A stretch of 64,000 bases of DNA from an uncultured beta proteobacterium. Lineage in GTDB: Bacteria; Pseudomonadota; Gammaproteobacteria; Burkholderiales; Burkholderiaceae_C. The notes beneath the pieces were generated by a model, which ran no database searches, was not told where the DNA came from, and was given only the letters and a program-made list of their open reading frames with translations. Every line of letters starts with the position of its first letter. Within the stretch, counting starts at the first letter, position 1. A program made the position numbers and the translations under genes. The stretch is from positions 1,710-65,709 of the forward strand of contig CAIJRK010000062.1 in the NCBI GenBank assembly GCA_903823025.1, written 5' to 3'. Below, one piece after another: positions 36,790 to 46,071 of this stretch.

Positions 36790-37719
36790 ATGTCGGATAA
36801 AAACCCCTCGCAGCTCGCACTGAGTGACAACGCGGCACGGCAACTCGCCAATGCCACTAAAACCGTTCCTATTCTCTCAACCATCAGCCCGCGCTGGCTG
36901 GTGCATTTGTTGCAATGGGTGCCAGTAGAGGCCGGTATCTACCGCCTGAACAAGGTCAAGAATCCACAAGATGTGCTGGTGACTTGCGCCAAGCGTGATG
37001 AGTCGGAGTTGCCCCAAACCTTCGTCGATTACGAAGACAAACCGCGTGAATATTTTCTCAACGCCGTGTCCACCGTGCTGGATGTTCACACCCGCGTCAG
37101 CGATCTCTACAGCAGCCCGCATGACCAGATCAAAGAGCAATTGCGTCTGACGATTGAGACCATCAAAGAGAAGCAAGAATACGAACTCATCAACAACGCT
37201 GATTACGGTTTGTTGGCCAGCGTGGCCCCCGACCAGGTGATCTATCCGCTGACCGGTGCCCCGACGCCTGACGACTTGGACGAGTTGCTGACGAAGGTCT
37301 GGAAAGAACCCGCTTTCTTCCTGACACATCCGTTGGCAATTGCTGCGTTTGGGCGTGAATGCACCCGTCGCGGTGTGCCACCACCAACCGTGAGCCTGTT
37401 TGGTTCGCAGTTCCTGACCTGGCGCGGCGTGCCGCTGATTCCTAGCGACAAAGTGCCGGTGGCTGATGGCAAAACCAAAATCTTGTTGGTGCGTGTGGGC
37501 GAGAAACGTCAAGGCGTCGTCGGCATTTATCAACCCGGTTTGGCCGGTGAACAAAGCCCCGGTTTGTCGGTGCGTTTCATGGGTATCAACCGCAGCGCGA
37601 TTGCCTCCTATTTGATTAGTTTGTATTGCTCGCTGGCGGTGCAATCGGACGATGCGCTGGCTGTGCTGGACGATGTAGAAATCGGCAAGTTCCATGACTA
37701 TCCTGACACCTACAAATAA
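36790..37719 (+). CDS. Family 2A encapsulin shell protein (SrpI-like)
   Basis: LALSDNAARQLANATKTVP...ISPRWLVHLLQWVPVEAGIYRLN, DYEDKPREYFL, SDLYSSPHDQIKEQLRLTIETIKEKQE, GAPTPDDLDELL, ECTRRGVPPPTV, LSVRFMGIN. Start set to ATG 36790. Confidence 0.93.
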   Translation: MSDKNPSQLALSDNAARQLANATKTVPILSTISPRWLVHLLQWVPVEAGIYRLNKVKNPQDVLVTCAKRDESELPQTFVDYEDKPREYFLNAVSTVLDVHTRVSDLYSSPHDQIKEQLRLTIETIKEKQEYELINNADYGLLASVAPDQVIYPLTGAPTPDDLDELLTKVWKEPAFFLTHPLAIAAFGRECTRRGVPPPTVSLFGSQFLTWRGVPLIPSDKVPVADGKTKILLVRVGEKRQGVVGIYQPGLAGEQSPGLSVRFMGINRSAIASYLISLYCSLAVQSDDALAVLDDVEIGKFHDYPDTYK

Positions 37720-39616
37720 TCAGGCCGGTCTGCCTGACATTGGTCTGCTGACCCGGTTGGCAAGCGAATTTTTTGCCACGTTACCGGGTGGCTTGCCAGC
37801 GCCTGTGAACGTGTTGCCGGGCGGCACGTCGTTCGGCCCGCTGGCGCAAGGCCCGCAACTGCCGGGCACGTTAGCGCCCGGTGCCAACGTGGTGCCTCAA
37901 ACGCCACAAAGTGCGCACGCATTGGTGGCCTCCACGCCGTCATTGCTACCGCATTCAGCCGCACCCAACGGGCTGCCGGATAACGCGGCGATCATTCCGC
38001 CTGCTATGGACAGCCGCATTGGCGGACAGGCGCTCGGTGTGCCACCAGCGCACACGAATGACGTGCCCGTGACAAGCGCCAAACCGCCTGCGGGAGCCCC
38101 AGCACCAGCCTCGGCCTCGCCGTTCTACTTTCTCAGTGAAACGAATGGCTATCCCGCCAAGCCGACCGTGTTTGAGCTGCCGCGTGAAGACCGTGTGACC
38201 GCGCAATCCTTCGGCTTGCCGGGAGCCGACGATCTGCGTGCGTTGCTTAGTGACAACCCGCGCGCTACCAAAGTACAACCGGAGACGCCAGCGGTAGCTC
38301 CAGGGGGCGTTAGCCCGTTCTACTTTGTCGATACCGAGCGCTCGCCGCACGGCTACACCGGCCAAGCACCGAACGCGGACGCCGCACGTCATCCCCCATT
38401 TGATGTCAACGCTATCCGGCGGGATTTCCCGATTCTGCAGGAGCGCGTGAATGGCAAGCCGTTGGTCTGGTTTGACAACGCTGCCACTACGCACAAACCG
38501 CAGTCGGTAATTGACCGTATCGCCTATTTCTACGCACACGAGAATTCCAACATTCACCGTGCTGCGCATGAATTGGCGGCACGCGCCACCGATGCCTATG
38601 AAGGCGCGCGTGAGAAGGTGCGTAACTTTCTGGGGGCCTCCTCGGTAGAAGAAATCATCTTTGTGCGCGGCGCGACGGAAGGCATTAATCTGGTCGCGAA
38701 AAGCTGGGGTGCCCAGCATGTAGGAGCGGGAGATGAAATCATCGTCTCGCATCTGGAGCACCACGCCAACATCGTGCCGTGGCAGCAACTCGCCCTTGAA
38801 AAAGGGGCCAAGCTGCGCGTGATTTCGGTCGATGACAGCGGGCAAGTGTTGTTGGACGAGTACAAGAAGCTGCTCAACGACCGCACCAAAATTGTCGCGG
38901 TGACGCAGGTTTCCAACGCGCTCGGCACGGTGGTGCCAGTGAAGGAAATCGTGGAACTCGCGCACCGGGCGGGTGCTCTGGCGTTGGTTGATGGCGCGCA
39001 ATCCGTCAGTCACATGGCGGTCAACGTGCAAGAGATTGGCGCGGACTTCTTCGTGTTCTCGGGTCACAAGGTGTTCGGCCCGACCGGTATCGGGGTGGTC
39101 TATGGCAAACGCGCGTTGCTTGACGACATGCCGCCGTGGCAAGGTGGCGGCAACATGATTGCTGACGTGACGTTTGAGCGCACGCTGTTTCAACCACCGC
39201 CCAACAAGTTCGAGGCGGGCACCGGCAACATTGCGGATGCCGTGGGCTTGGGTGCGGCCATTGACTACGTGCAACGCATCGGGATGGAAAACATCGCCCG
39301 TTACGAGCACGATTTGCTGGCCTACGCCACATACGGGTTGCAGCCGCTGCCCGGCGTGCGGCTGGTCGGCACGGCACGCGATAAAGCCAGCGTGTTGTCG
39401 TTTGTGTTGCAGGGCTACACCACTGAAGAAGTGGGTAAAGAGCTGAACCGCGAAGGCATTGCGGTGCGCTCGGGCCACCACTGCGCGCAGCCGATTTTGC
39501 GTCGCTTGGGGCTGGAAGCCACAGTGCGGCCATCGCTGGCGTTTTACAACACCTGCGAAGAGGTGGATAAATTGGTCGCGGTGGTTCGGCGGCTGAGTTC
39601 AGCACGTCGTTTGTAG
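37694..39616 (+). CDS. Encapsulin cargo cysteine desulfurase (SufS-like) with ~235-aa disordered N-terminal cargo-loading domain
   Basis: N-terminal LTRLASEFF targeting-like motif in a Pro/Ala-rich region; WFDNAATTHKP, FSGHKVFGPTG (PLP Lys), RSGHHCAQP (catalytic Cys). Overlaps the shell gene by 26 bp. Confidence 0.93.
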   Translation: MTILTPTNNQAGLPDIGLLTRLASEFFATLPGGLPAPVNVLPGGTSFGPLAQGPQLPGTLAPGANVVPQTPQSAHALVASTPSLLPHSAAPNGLPDNAAIIPPAMDSRIGGQALGVPPAHTNDVPVTSAKPPAGAPAPASASPFYFLSETNGYPAKPTVFELPREDRVTAQSFGLPGADDLRALLSDNPRATKVQPETPAVAPGGVSPFYFVDTERSPHGYTGQAPNADAARHPPFDVNAIRRDFPILQERVNGKPLVWFDNAATTHKPQSVIDRIAYFYAHENSNIHRAAHELAARATDAYEGAREKVRNFLGASSVEEIIFVRGATEGINLVAKSWGAQHVGAGDEIIVSHLEHHANIVPWQQLALEKGAKLRVISVDDSGQVLLDEYKKLLNDRTKIVAVTQVSNALGTVVPVKEIVELAHRAGALALVDGAQSVSHMAVNVQEIGADFFVFSGHKVFGPTGIGVVYGKRALLDDMPPWQGGGNMIADVTFERTLFQPPPNKFEAGTGNIADAVGLGAAIDYVQRIGMENIARYEHDLLAYATYGLQPLPGVRLVGTARDKASVLSFVLQGYTTEEVGKELNREGIAVRSGHHCAQPILRRLGLEATVRPSLAFYNTCEEVDKLVAVVRRLSSARRL

Positions 39617-39625
39617 AAGACCTGC

Positions 39626-40528
39626 ATGAGCCTCACTCTGATCTCTCAATCTCCTCTATCAGAGTGGGGCTGGCATGACACGACCGCTCAAGCGCAAGCC
39701 TGGACCCAATTCATGGGCACCTGGTGCGAGGACTTTCAAGAAAAACCGACCATCACCCAAGCCGCCGATGGCGAGGTGTTGGCGCTGCATCGTGGCCTGC
39801 AAATGCGTTCGGTTTTTCAGCCGATTTACACGGCCAAGACGCTGCTGGAGCCTGTCGCGTTTGAGGCCTTAATTCGCGCACAAACGATAGCCAGCGGGCA
39901 AACCGTGCGGCCTGATCTGTTGTTTGCCAACGTAACCTCCGAAGCTGAAGGCGTCTTGCTGGACCGGCTTTGCCGCTTTTTGCATCTGCTGAACTTTGAG
40001 CGACAAGCGCCGGGGTCGGCAGCGCTTTACTTGAACCTGAGCACCTCTCATTTGCAGGCCTTGCAACAGGGACAACACGGCCAATTTCTCACCGCGATGC
40101 ACACGCTGTGTCCGGTTGACCCGACCCGCATCATTCTCGAAATTACAGAGACGCAATTTGACTATCCCGAGATGCTCAATTCGATTGTTTGCGCGTTCAA
40201 AGACCGGGGTTATCGGGTTGCGCTTGATGACTTTGGTGCCCGCCATTCCAACTTTGACCGCCTCTGGGCTTTGACGCCCGACATCGTCAAAATCGACCGT
40301 GAATTGCTGCTGCAAGCCCACACCAACCTGCGAGCACGCAAGGTGCTGCCCAAGGTCGTTGAGATTATTCATGACCTGGAAGCCACGGTGGTGTGCGAAG
40401 GCATCGAGACGCTGGATCAGCATCAACTAGCCGTCAGTGCTGGGGTTGACTTGGTACAGGGATTTTTGTTTGCGCGGCCTAATCGCGCGTTGCAACAGCC
40501 CTTGCCGGGTTTTCATGACATCGTCTGA
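39626..40528 (+). CDS. Stand-alone EAL-domain c-di-GMP phosphodiesterase
   Basis: FQPI, FEALIR, YLNLS, LEITE, ALDDFG, IVKIDR, VCEGIET, VQGFLF all present. Confidence 0.88.
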   Translation: MSLTLISQSPLSEWGWHDTTAQAQAWTQFMGTWCEDFQEKPTITQAADGEVLALHRGLQMRSVFQPIYTAKTLLEPVAFEALIRAQTIASGQTVRPDLLFANVTSEAEGVLLDRLCRFLHLLNFERQAPGSAALYLNLSTSHLQALQQGQHGQFLTAMHTLCPVDPTRIILEITETQFDYPEMLNSIVCAFKDRGYRVALDDFGARHSNFDRLWALTPDIVKIDRELLLQAHTNLRARKVLPKVVEIIHDLEATVVCEGIETLDQHQLAVSAGVDLVQGFLFARPNRALQQPLPGFHDIV

Positions 40529-40579
40529 GGAAAATTCAAGCGATGCCAGGAGGCCGCCCAGCTGCACGCTGGCCTGTTG

Positions 40580-41656
40580 CTACACCACCAACGGCTCCTC
40601 CTGCATGGCCTCCATCTGTTCTTCGAGCATTTGCACTTGGCCGCGCCAGTAGTCGCTGGAGCCAAACCACGGGAAGTTGATCGGAAACGTGGGGTCGTCC
40701 CAGCGGCGGGCCAGCCATGCGCTGTAGTGAATCAGGCGTAGCGTGCGCAGCGGCTCGATCAAGGCGAGTTCGCGCCGGTCGAATGCGCGGAATTGTTCAT
40801 AGCCGTCCACCAGCGCGCCGAGTTGGCGACTGCGTTGTTGACGGTCGCCACTGAGCAGCATCCATAGATCTTGCACGGCAGGGCCGCTGCGGGCGTCGTC
40901 CAAATCGACAAAGTGCGGACCGGGGCCAGCGCTGGCGGGCGACTCCAGTGGCGTCCAGAGGATGTTGCCCGGATGGCAGTCGCCATGCAGGCGCAGCCGT
41001 TGGATCGGTTCTGCGTACGGGTCTTTTGATTCAGCGGCACCGGTCAGGCTTTTGTAGCCCGCGATGAGGTCCAGCGCGTCTTGTGACGCCTTGGCCCAAG
41101 CCGACTGCACATCCAGTGGCACCTTGTCGTGGCTGAGTAACCATTCACGGGCGTCGATGCCAAAGCTTTGCAGGTCCAGCGCCGGGCGGTGCACAAACGG
41201 TCGGGCGGCCCCCACAGCGTGAATGCGCGCCAGAAAGCGGCCAATCCACTCCAGCACGTCCGGGTCGTCCAGCTCCGGCGGGCGACCGCCCCGGTTGGGA
41301 CTGACGCTAAAAGCAAAGCCGCCAAAGTGATTCAGCGTGGTGTCGTTTAACACCAGCGGCCCAACTACCGGAATTTCTGCGGCCATCAACTCGGCTGAAA
41401 AAGCGTGTTCCTCCAGAATTTGCGCCTGCGTCCAACGCTCAGGGCGATAGAACTTGGCGACGACCACCGGACCGTCTTCCAGATGTAATTGATAGACCCG
41501 GTTTTCATACGAACTGAGGGCCATTTGTCGGCCATCGCCGTAAAGCCCGACGCTGGCCAGTGCGTCCATCACGACGTCGGGCGTGAGGGTCTCAAAGGCG
41601 TGGCGTCCAGAGGGCGAAAAAGACGAAAAAGGAGAAGTTGAAGCGTGTAAAACCAT
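40580..41656 (-). CDS. srkA: Stress-response Ser/Thr kinase SrkA (RdoA/YihE)
   Basis: LSSYENRVYQ, KFYRPERW, RLHGDCHPGNILW, FVDLDD, IEPLRTLRLIHYSAWLARRWDDP. Confidence 0.9.
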   Translation of the reverse strand: MVLHASTSPFSSFSPSGRHAFETLTPDVVMDALASVGLYGDGRQMALSSYENRVYQLHLEDGPVVVAKFYRPERWTQAQILEEHAFSAELMAAEIPVVGPLVLNDTTLNHFGGFAFSVSPNRGGRPPELDDPDVLEWIGRFLARIHAVGAARPFVHRPALDLQSFGIDAREWLLSHDKVPLDVQSAWAKASQDALDLIAGYKSLTGAAESKDPYAEPIQRLRLHGDCHPGNILWTPLESPASAGPGPHFVDLDDARSGPAVQDLWMLLSGDRQQRSRQLGALVDGYEQFRAFDRRELALIEPLRTLRLIHYSAWLARRWDDPTFPINFPWFGSSDYWRGQVQMLEEQMEAMQEEPLVV

Positions 41657-41697
41657 GCCCGCATTGTCGTGCCAATAGGCACCAGGCGGGCGGCGCG

Positions 41698-44271
41698 TCA
41701 GCCGTTGCTGTTGGCGCGCACCTCTTCGATGCTGGTTAAACCTGCCAGCACTTTGTAGATGCCGTCTTGACGCAGGGTGCGCAGGTCGGCGTTTTCCATG
41801 GCTTCGCGTTGCAGTTGTTCAGGGCGGGCGCCGGTTTGAATCAGGCGGCGCAGGTTGGGGGTGACCAGCAACAATTCATGCAAACCGACACGCCCCTGCA
41901 TTCCGGTGTCCTGGCAATGACTGCAGCCTGGCGCGCTGTAGTAGTTCAACCGCCCGTCATGACCAAACTGCGTCAACCAGCCTTCCCAGACCAATTGACG
42001 TGCAGGACGCAGGTCATCCGGAAACGAACGCAGGTAGTCATCAAGCAGTTCAACCACGCGGGTATCGCTGGCATCCTCTGAAATTCGGCACTCGGGACAC
42101 AGACGGCGCACCAAGCGTTGCGCCAGCACAGCCAGCAGTGAATCAGCAAAGTTGAAAGGATCCATGCCCATATCGATCAGCCGGATGATGGTCTCGGCGG
42201 CACTGTTGGTGTGCAAGGTGGACAGCACCAAGTGGCCGGTGAGCGAGGCTTCAATCGCCATTTGGGCGGTTTCACGGTCGCGAATTTCACCCACCATGAT
42301 GATGTCCGGGTCGGCCCGCAGAAAAGCGCGCAGTGCTTTGGCAAACGTCCAGTCAATTTTTGGATTGATCTGCACCTGGCGCAGGTCGGGCTGAGTGATT
42401 TCAATAGGGTCTTCCGCCGTCCAAATCTTGCGCTGCGGTGTGTTCAGATAGCCGAGCAAAGAATGCAGCGTCGTGGTCTTGCCGGAGCCGGTCGGCCCCA
42501 CGCACAACACCATGCCATACGGTTTATTGACCGCCTCGCGCAGGTTCGTCAGGTTGCTGGGCGACAGACCGATTTTTTCCATATCAATCGGTTTGCTTGA
42601 GGACATGAGCCGCATCACCACGTCTTCCAGACCGCCAAAAGTCGGGATGGTGGCAATGCGCAGTTCCAGCTTGTGCTGACTGGAGAAGCGGGAAAAATCA
42701 ATCTTGCCGTCCTGCGGTTTGCGCCGCTCGGAGATGTCCAGGTCGGCCATGATTTTCAGGCGCGCAATCAGGGCTGCACGGTAGGTGTGGGGCAGCTCCA
42801 GGTAGTGCGACAGCACGCCGTCTTTGCGAAACCGAATCCGCGCTTTGGTGCGTCCGGGGTGCGTTTCAATGTGAATATCCGACACGCCACTGACGTGTGC
42901 CTCGCTAATCATGGTGTTGATCAGGCGTACCAGGGAGTTGTCGGATTGTTCGATCTGGGTCTCTTCATCTTCCAGATCAGGCTCATGGAGTTCCATGGTC
43001 TCCAGCAATTGGCTGGTGCTGGCCAGCGCTGCCGTATGGTTGCGGGTGCTTTGTTGCAAGCCGCCTTTGCTGTCGGTGGGCAGTCCGAATTTTTCGTAGG
43101 TTTTGAGCAGGATTTGCTGAATTTTTATCTCATCACCCAGAATGGCGCGCACCCTGACTTGCTGCACAAAGACCAATTCTTCAATCATGTCGCGCCGCGT
43201 GGGGTCAGCGGTGGCGACCACCAGCAAATTGTCATGCATTAACAACGGCATGATGCCCAGCCGCTGGGCCATGGGTAGCGAGATATTGCGCAGCACATCC
43301 ACATCAATCGGGAAATTCTGCACGTCCACCACGGGATAACCCATTTTTCGCACCAGCGCGGTGTTCAAGTCGTGCCGGGTCAGAAAACCCAGGTTGACCA
43401 GTACCTGTCCGAGGGGGATGGAACTGTCTTCTTGCTGGGTTTGCAGAGCAATTTGCAACTGCTGCTCGGTAATGAGGTTCATCCGGGTCAGTGCTTCGCC
43501 CAAGCGGATGGCGGGCAATTTGGACTGCTCATCGAGCGCCTTGATCAACTGCTCAGGCGAGCTAATGGTGCGCGCCACCCAGTGTTCGCCGAAGCCGTGA
43601 TCGGGCAGAGTATGTGGCGGTGTCGATACCGTAGCCAGTGCCGGTATCAGTGCTGGTGTCGGAGCCAGTGTCGGTGTGAGTTTGGGCGTGGGTGGCGGTG
43701 CCGGTATCGGTTGGGCGCTCGGGGCTGACCCGATGGGCGCATCGAAGCTCACTTTCTGAAAGGCATCAATCGGAATAAAGACGCGCTCCAGGCTACCGCG
43801 CGTGTTTAAAGGCGTGAATAAAAACAGGCCTAGGTGCGTTTCCACATAACCGACGGTTTGCCCGGAGACGCTGTGGCCGTGTTTGAGATGCAGATGATAT
43901 TGAACCGTGGACTGGCCCCCCAAAATGTCTGAAAACTCAGCATCAGTGATCAGATCTTCCGGCTGGATGGGCGTTTTCAAGGTCAGCCGCCGAAACTGCG
44001 AAAACGCCAGACTGATGTCCACTTTGCGAGGCGGTATCTGAACCACAAGTCTTTGTTCGGCAGGAATAATCGATGTCAACAAGCACCGGCGCGTGGTCTT
44101 GTTGAGGTCTTCAACTTCGCAAAATTGCGGCTTGTCCCAGAGAGACTCGTCACTGTAAATAGCGTAGTGGGGCGAGGGCCAATAAAACCCGCTGGACGCG
44201 CCATTCGCAGGGGCATCAAGGGCGCCCTCCGACTCTAAAAGACTCATGCCAAAGGGCGGGCGGGTCATCAT
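41698..44271 (-). CDS. GspE/PulE/PilB-family ATPase with MshEN-type region and extra N-terminal domain
   Basis: RLGEALTRMNLITEQQLQIALQTQ / PLGQVLVNLGFL, SDIHIE, LDISERRKPQDG, GPTGSGKTTTL, TAEDPIE, LRADPDIIMVGEIRD, STLHTN, CSHC. Confidence 0.9.
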   Translation of the reverse strand: MMTRPPFGMSLLESEGALDAPANGASSGFYWPSPHYAIYSDESLWDKPQFCEVEDLNKTTRRCLLTSIIPAEQRLVVQIPPRKVDISLAFSQFRRLTLKTPIQPEDLITDAEFSDILGGQSTVQYHLHLKHGHSVSGQTVGYVETHLGLFLFTPLNTRGSLERVFIPIDAFQKVSFDAPIGSAPSAQPIPAPPPTPKLTPTLAPTPALIPALATVSTPPHTLPDHGFGEHWVARTISSPEQLIKALDEQSKLPAIRLGEALTRMNLITEQQLQIALQTQQEDSSIPLGQVLVNLGFLTRHDLNTALVRKMGYPVVDVQNFPIDVDVLRNISLPMAQRLGIMPLLMHDNLLVVATADPTRRDMIEELVFVQQVRVRAILGDEIKIQQILLKTYEKFGLPTDSKGGLQQSTRNHTAALASTSQLLETMELHEPDLEDEETQIEQSDNSLVRLINTMISEAHVSGVSDIHIETHPGRTKARIRFRKDGVLSHYLELPHTYRAALIARLKIMADLDISERRKPQDGKIDFSRFSSQHKLELRIATIPTFGGLEDVVMRLMSSSKPIDMEKIGLSPSNLTNLREAVNKPYGMVLCVGPTGSGKTTTLHSLLGYLNTPQRKIWTAEDPIEITQPDLRQVQINPKIDWTFAKALRAFLRADPDIIMVGEIRDRETAQMAIEASLTGHLVLSTLHTNSAAETIIRLIDMGMDPFNFADSLLAVLAQRLVRRLCPECRISEDASDTRVVELLDDYLRSFPDDLRPARQLVWEGWLTQFGHDGRLNYYSAPGCSHCQDTGMQGRVGLHELLLVTPNLRRLIQTGARPEQLQREAMENADLRTLRQDGIYKVLAGLTSIEEVRANSNG

Positions 44272-44385
44272 GGCAGATGACGCATCAAGCAGCGTGTCGC
44301 ACGGCTGACGTTGACCGATCCCAAGGAACGGGGGCTGAGGAGGTAATTAATCAACAACATATATAACTATCGTAACAAGTCTGAC

Positions 44386-44399
44386 TTGACATCTGTCAA
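44386..44399. promoter_or_regulatory. FNR/CRP-family-like palindrome
   Basis: TTGAC-ATCT-GTCAA, a perfect inverted repeat resembling the FNR box TTGAT-N4-ATCAA, in the divergent gspE/ccp intergenic region. Confidence 0.5.
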
Positions 44400-44752
44400 A
44401 AAATGCTATTTTTTGGCTGCGATACAGGGCGACCAATCTGCCCGCTTGGTTGCGGTGTCACGCCGACGGCAATGTCACTGCAACGTTGGCGCGGGTGGTT
44501 TTTTTAAAAACGGTTTCTTTTGATATTTCGCAACATGCCATGTTGTAAAGCAATGTTACGAACAGGGTCTTTAAACCCTTCTATTGACCTGAGACAGGGT
44601 TTCCCCTTGTTGCATCGCCTAAAGTGCAACTGCCGTTTGTGCTGAGTCTTAAATGCCTCCAGCAACTTATCTGGCGACTCCCAGGCACAACGGTCATGTG
44701 TGGCACAAGCAACCAAACGTGGAGTTAGCGGCCAGACAACCCAGGAGTTTTC

Positions 44753-45763
44753 ATGAAAATCAGAGTCACCCCCTTCGCTACCGCCTTATTGGCTGTGACG
44801 GCACTGTCTGCCGCCTTCGCCACTCAAGCTGCCGAGAAAGAACCTATTTCACCGATACCCGCTGCCGTGATTACCCAGCCAGCCATGGTGGAACTTGGCA
44901 AGAAGCTGTTTTTTGATCCCCGCCTCTCCAAATCAGGTTTTATCTCTTGCAACTCATGCCACAACCTCAGCATGGGCGGCAGCGACAATCTGACCTCGTC
45001 GATTGGGCATCAATGGCAGCAAGGCCCCATCAACTCGCCCACCGTGCTCAACTCCAGCATGAATCTGGCTCAGTTCTGGGATGGCCGGGCCAAGGACTTG
45101 CAAGAGCAGGCAGGCGGCCCGATTGCCAATCCGGGCGAAATGGCGTTCACACATGAACTGGCTATCAACATGCTGGCCTCCATTCCGGCCTATCGCAGTG
45201 AATTCAAGGCCGCCTTCAAAGCCGAGCCTATCGACATCGGGCAAGTTACGCTGGCCATTGCCGCCTTTGAAGAAACGCTGGTCACCCCCAATTCACGCTT
45301 TGATCAGTGGCTGGTGGGCAAGACTGACGCCATCACGAAAGATGAACTCGCAGGCTATCAACTGTTCAAAACCAGTGGCTGTGTAGCTTGCCATAACGGT
45401 GTCGCAGTGGGCGGCAATTCGTTTCAAAAAATGGGGGTTGTTGAACCCTACAAGGCCACCAACGACGCTGAAGGACGCTTTGCCGTCACAGGCAAAGACG
45501 CTGACCGTTTCAATTTCAAAGTGCCCACGCTGCGCAATGTCGAACTCACCTACCCCTACTTTCATGATGGCGGTGCCGACACGTTGAGCGAAGCGGTGGA
45601 CACCATGGGTCGCTTGCAATTGGGCCGCAAATTCACAAACGATGAGAACGGCAAAATTGTGGCGTTTCTCAAAACCCTGACCGGCGATCAACCTCAATTT
45701 ATGTTGCCAATTTTGCCGCCGTCAAGCGACAAAACGGTGCGCCCCAACCCTTTCGATAAATAA
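44753..45763 (+). CDS. Di-heme cytochrome c peroxidase
   Basis: Signal peptide; two CxxCH motifs (CNSCH, CVACH); LFFDPRLS, QFWDGRA, FKVPTLRNV, PYFHDG. Confidence 0.93.
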   Translation: MKIRVTPFATALLAVTALSAAFATQAAEKEPISPIPAAVITQPAMVELGKKLFFDPRLSKSGFISCNSCHNLSMGGSDNLTSSIGHQWQQGPINSPTVLNSSMNLAQFWDGRAKDLQEQAGGPIANPGEMAFTHELAINMLASIPAYRSEFKAAFKAEPIDIGQVTLAIAAFEETLVTPNSRFDQWLVGKTDAITKDELAGYQLFKTSGCVACHNGVAVGGNSFQKMGVVEPYKATNDAEGRFAVTGKDADRFNFKVPTLRNVELTYPYFHDGGADTLSEAVDTMGRLQLGRKFTNDENGKIVAFLKTLTGDQPQFMLPILPPSSDKTVRPNPFDK

Positions 45764-45782
45764 ACACCTCACGCGTTCATTT

Positions 45783-45820
45783 AAAACCTGCCGGATGCTT
45801 TGTATCCGGCAGGTTTTTTT
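45783..45820 (+). terminator. Rho-independent terminator after the peroxidase gene
   Basis: AAAACCTGCCGGAT-N7-ATCCGGCAGGTTTT followed by a T-run. Confidence 0.85.
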
Positions 45821-46071
45821 GTGCCGGTCAACCACGTTTAAAAATGGTCCATAAAAACCATGGGGAGTCGTGCTGAACGCGCAAAAACGCAGGCGCTGGC
45901 GCTGCATAATCATTGGCAGGCAGTGAGGCCTACTAAAAAACAACAAAATTTCACAAAAATAGCAACCATCAACCTCCGAACAAGAGATGAAACAAGCAGC
46001 GCTGGTCATGAAACCATCGTGCCGCCTGATCCCAAATAACTCCCGAAAAACCTGCGGATACCCAGCACTTA

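Noticed and set aside
37955-39481. 508-aa minus-strand ORF (and many similar long ORFs such as 36877-37695, 29794-30429, 42673-43242, 46935-47639, 53016-53681)
   Set aside because: Antisense shadows of well-supported GC-rich coding genes; no motifs or RBS of their own.
44272-44752. c-di-GMP riboswitch in the long gspE/ccp intergenic region
   Set aside because: No GEMM (GAAA tetraloop/receptor) or class II pattern found by eye; a covariance-model search would be needed to exclude it.
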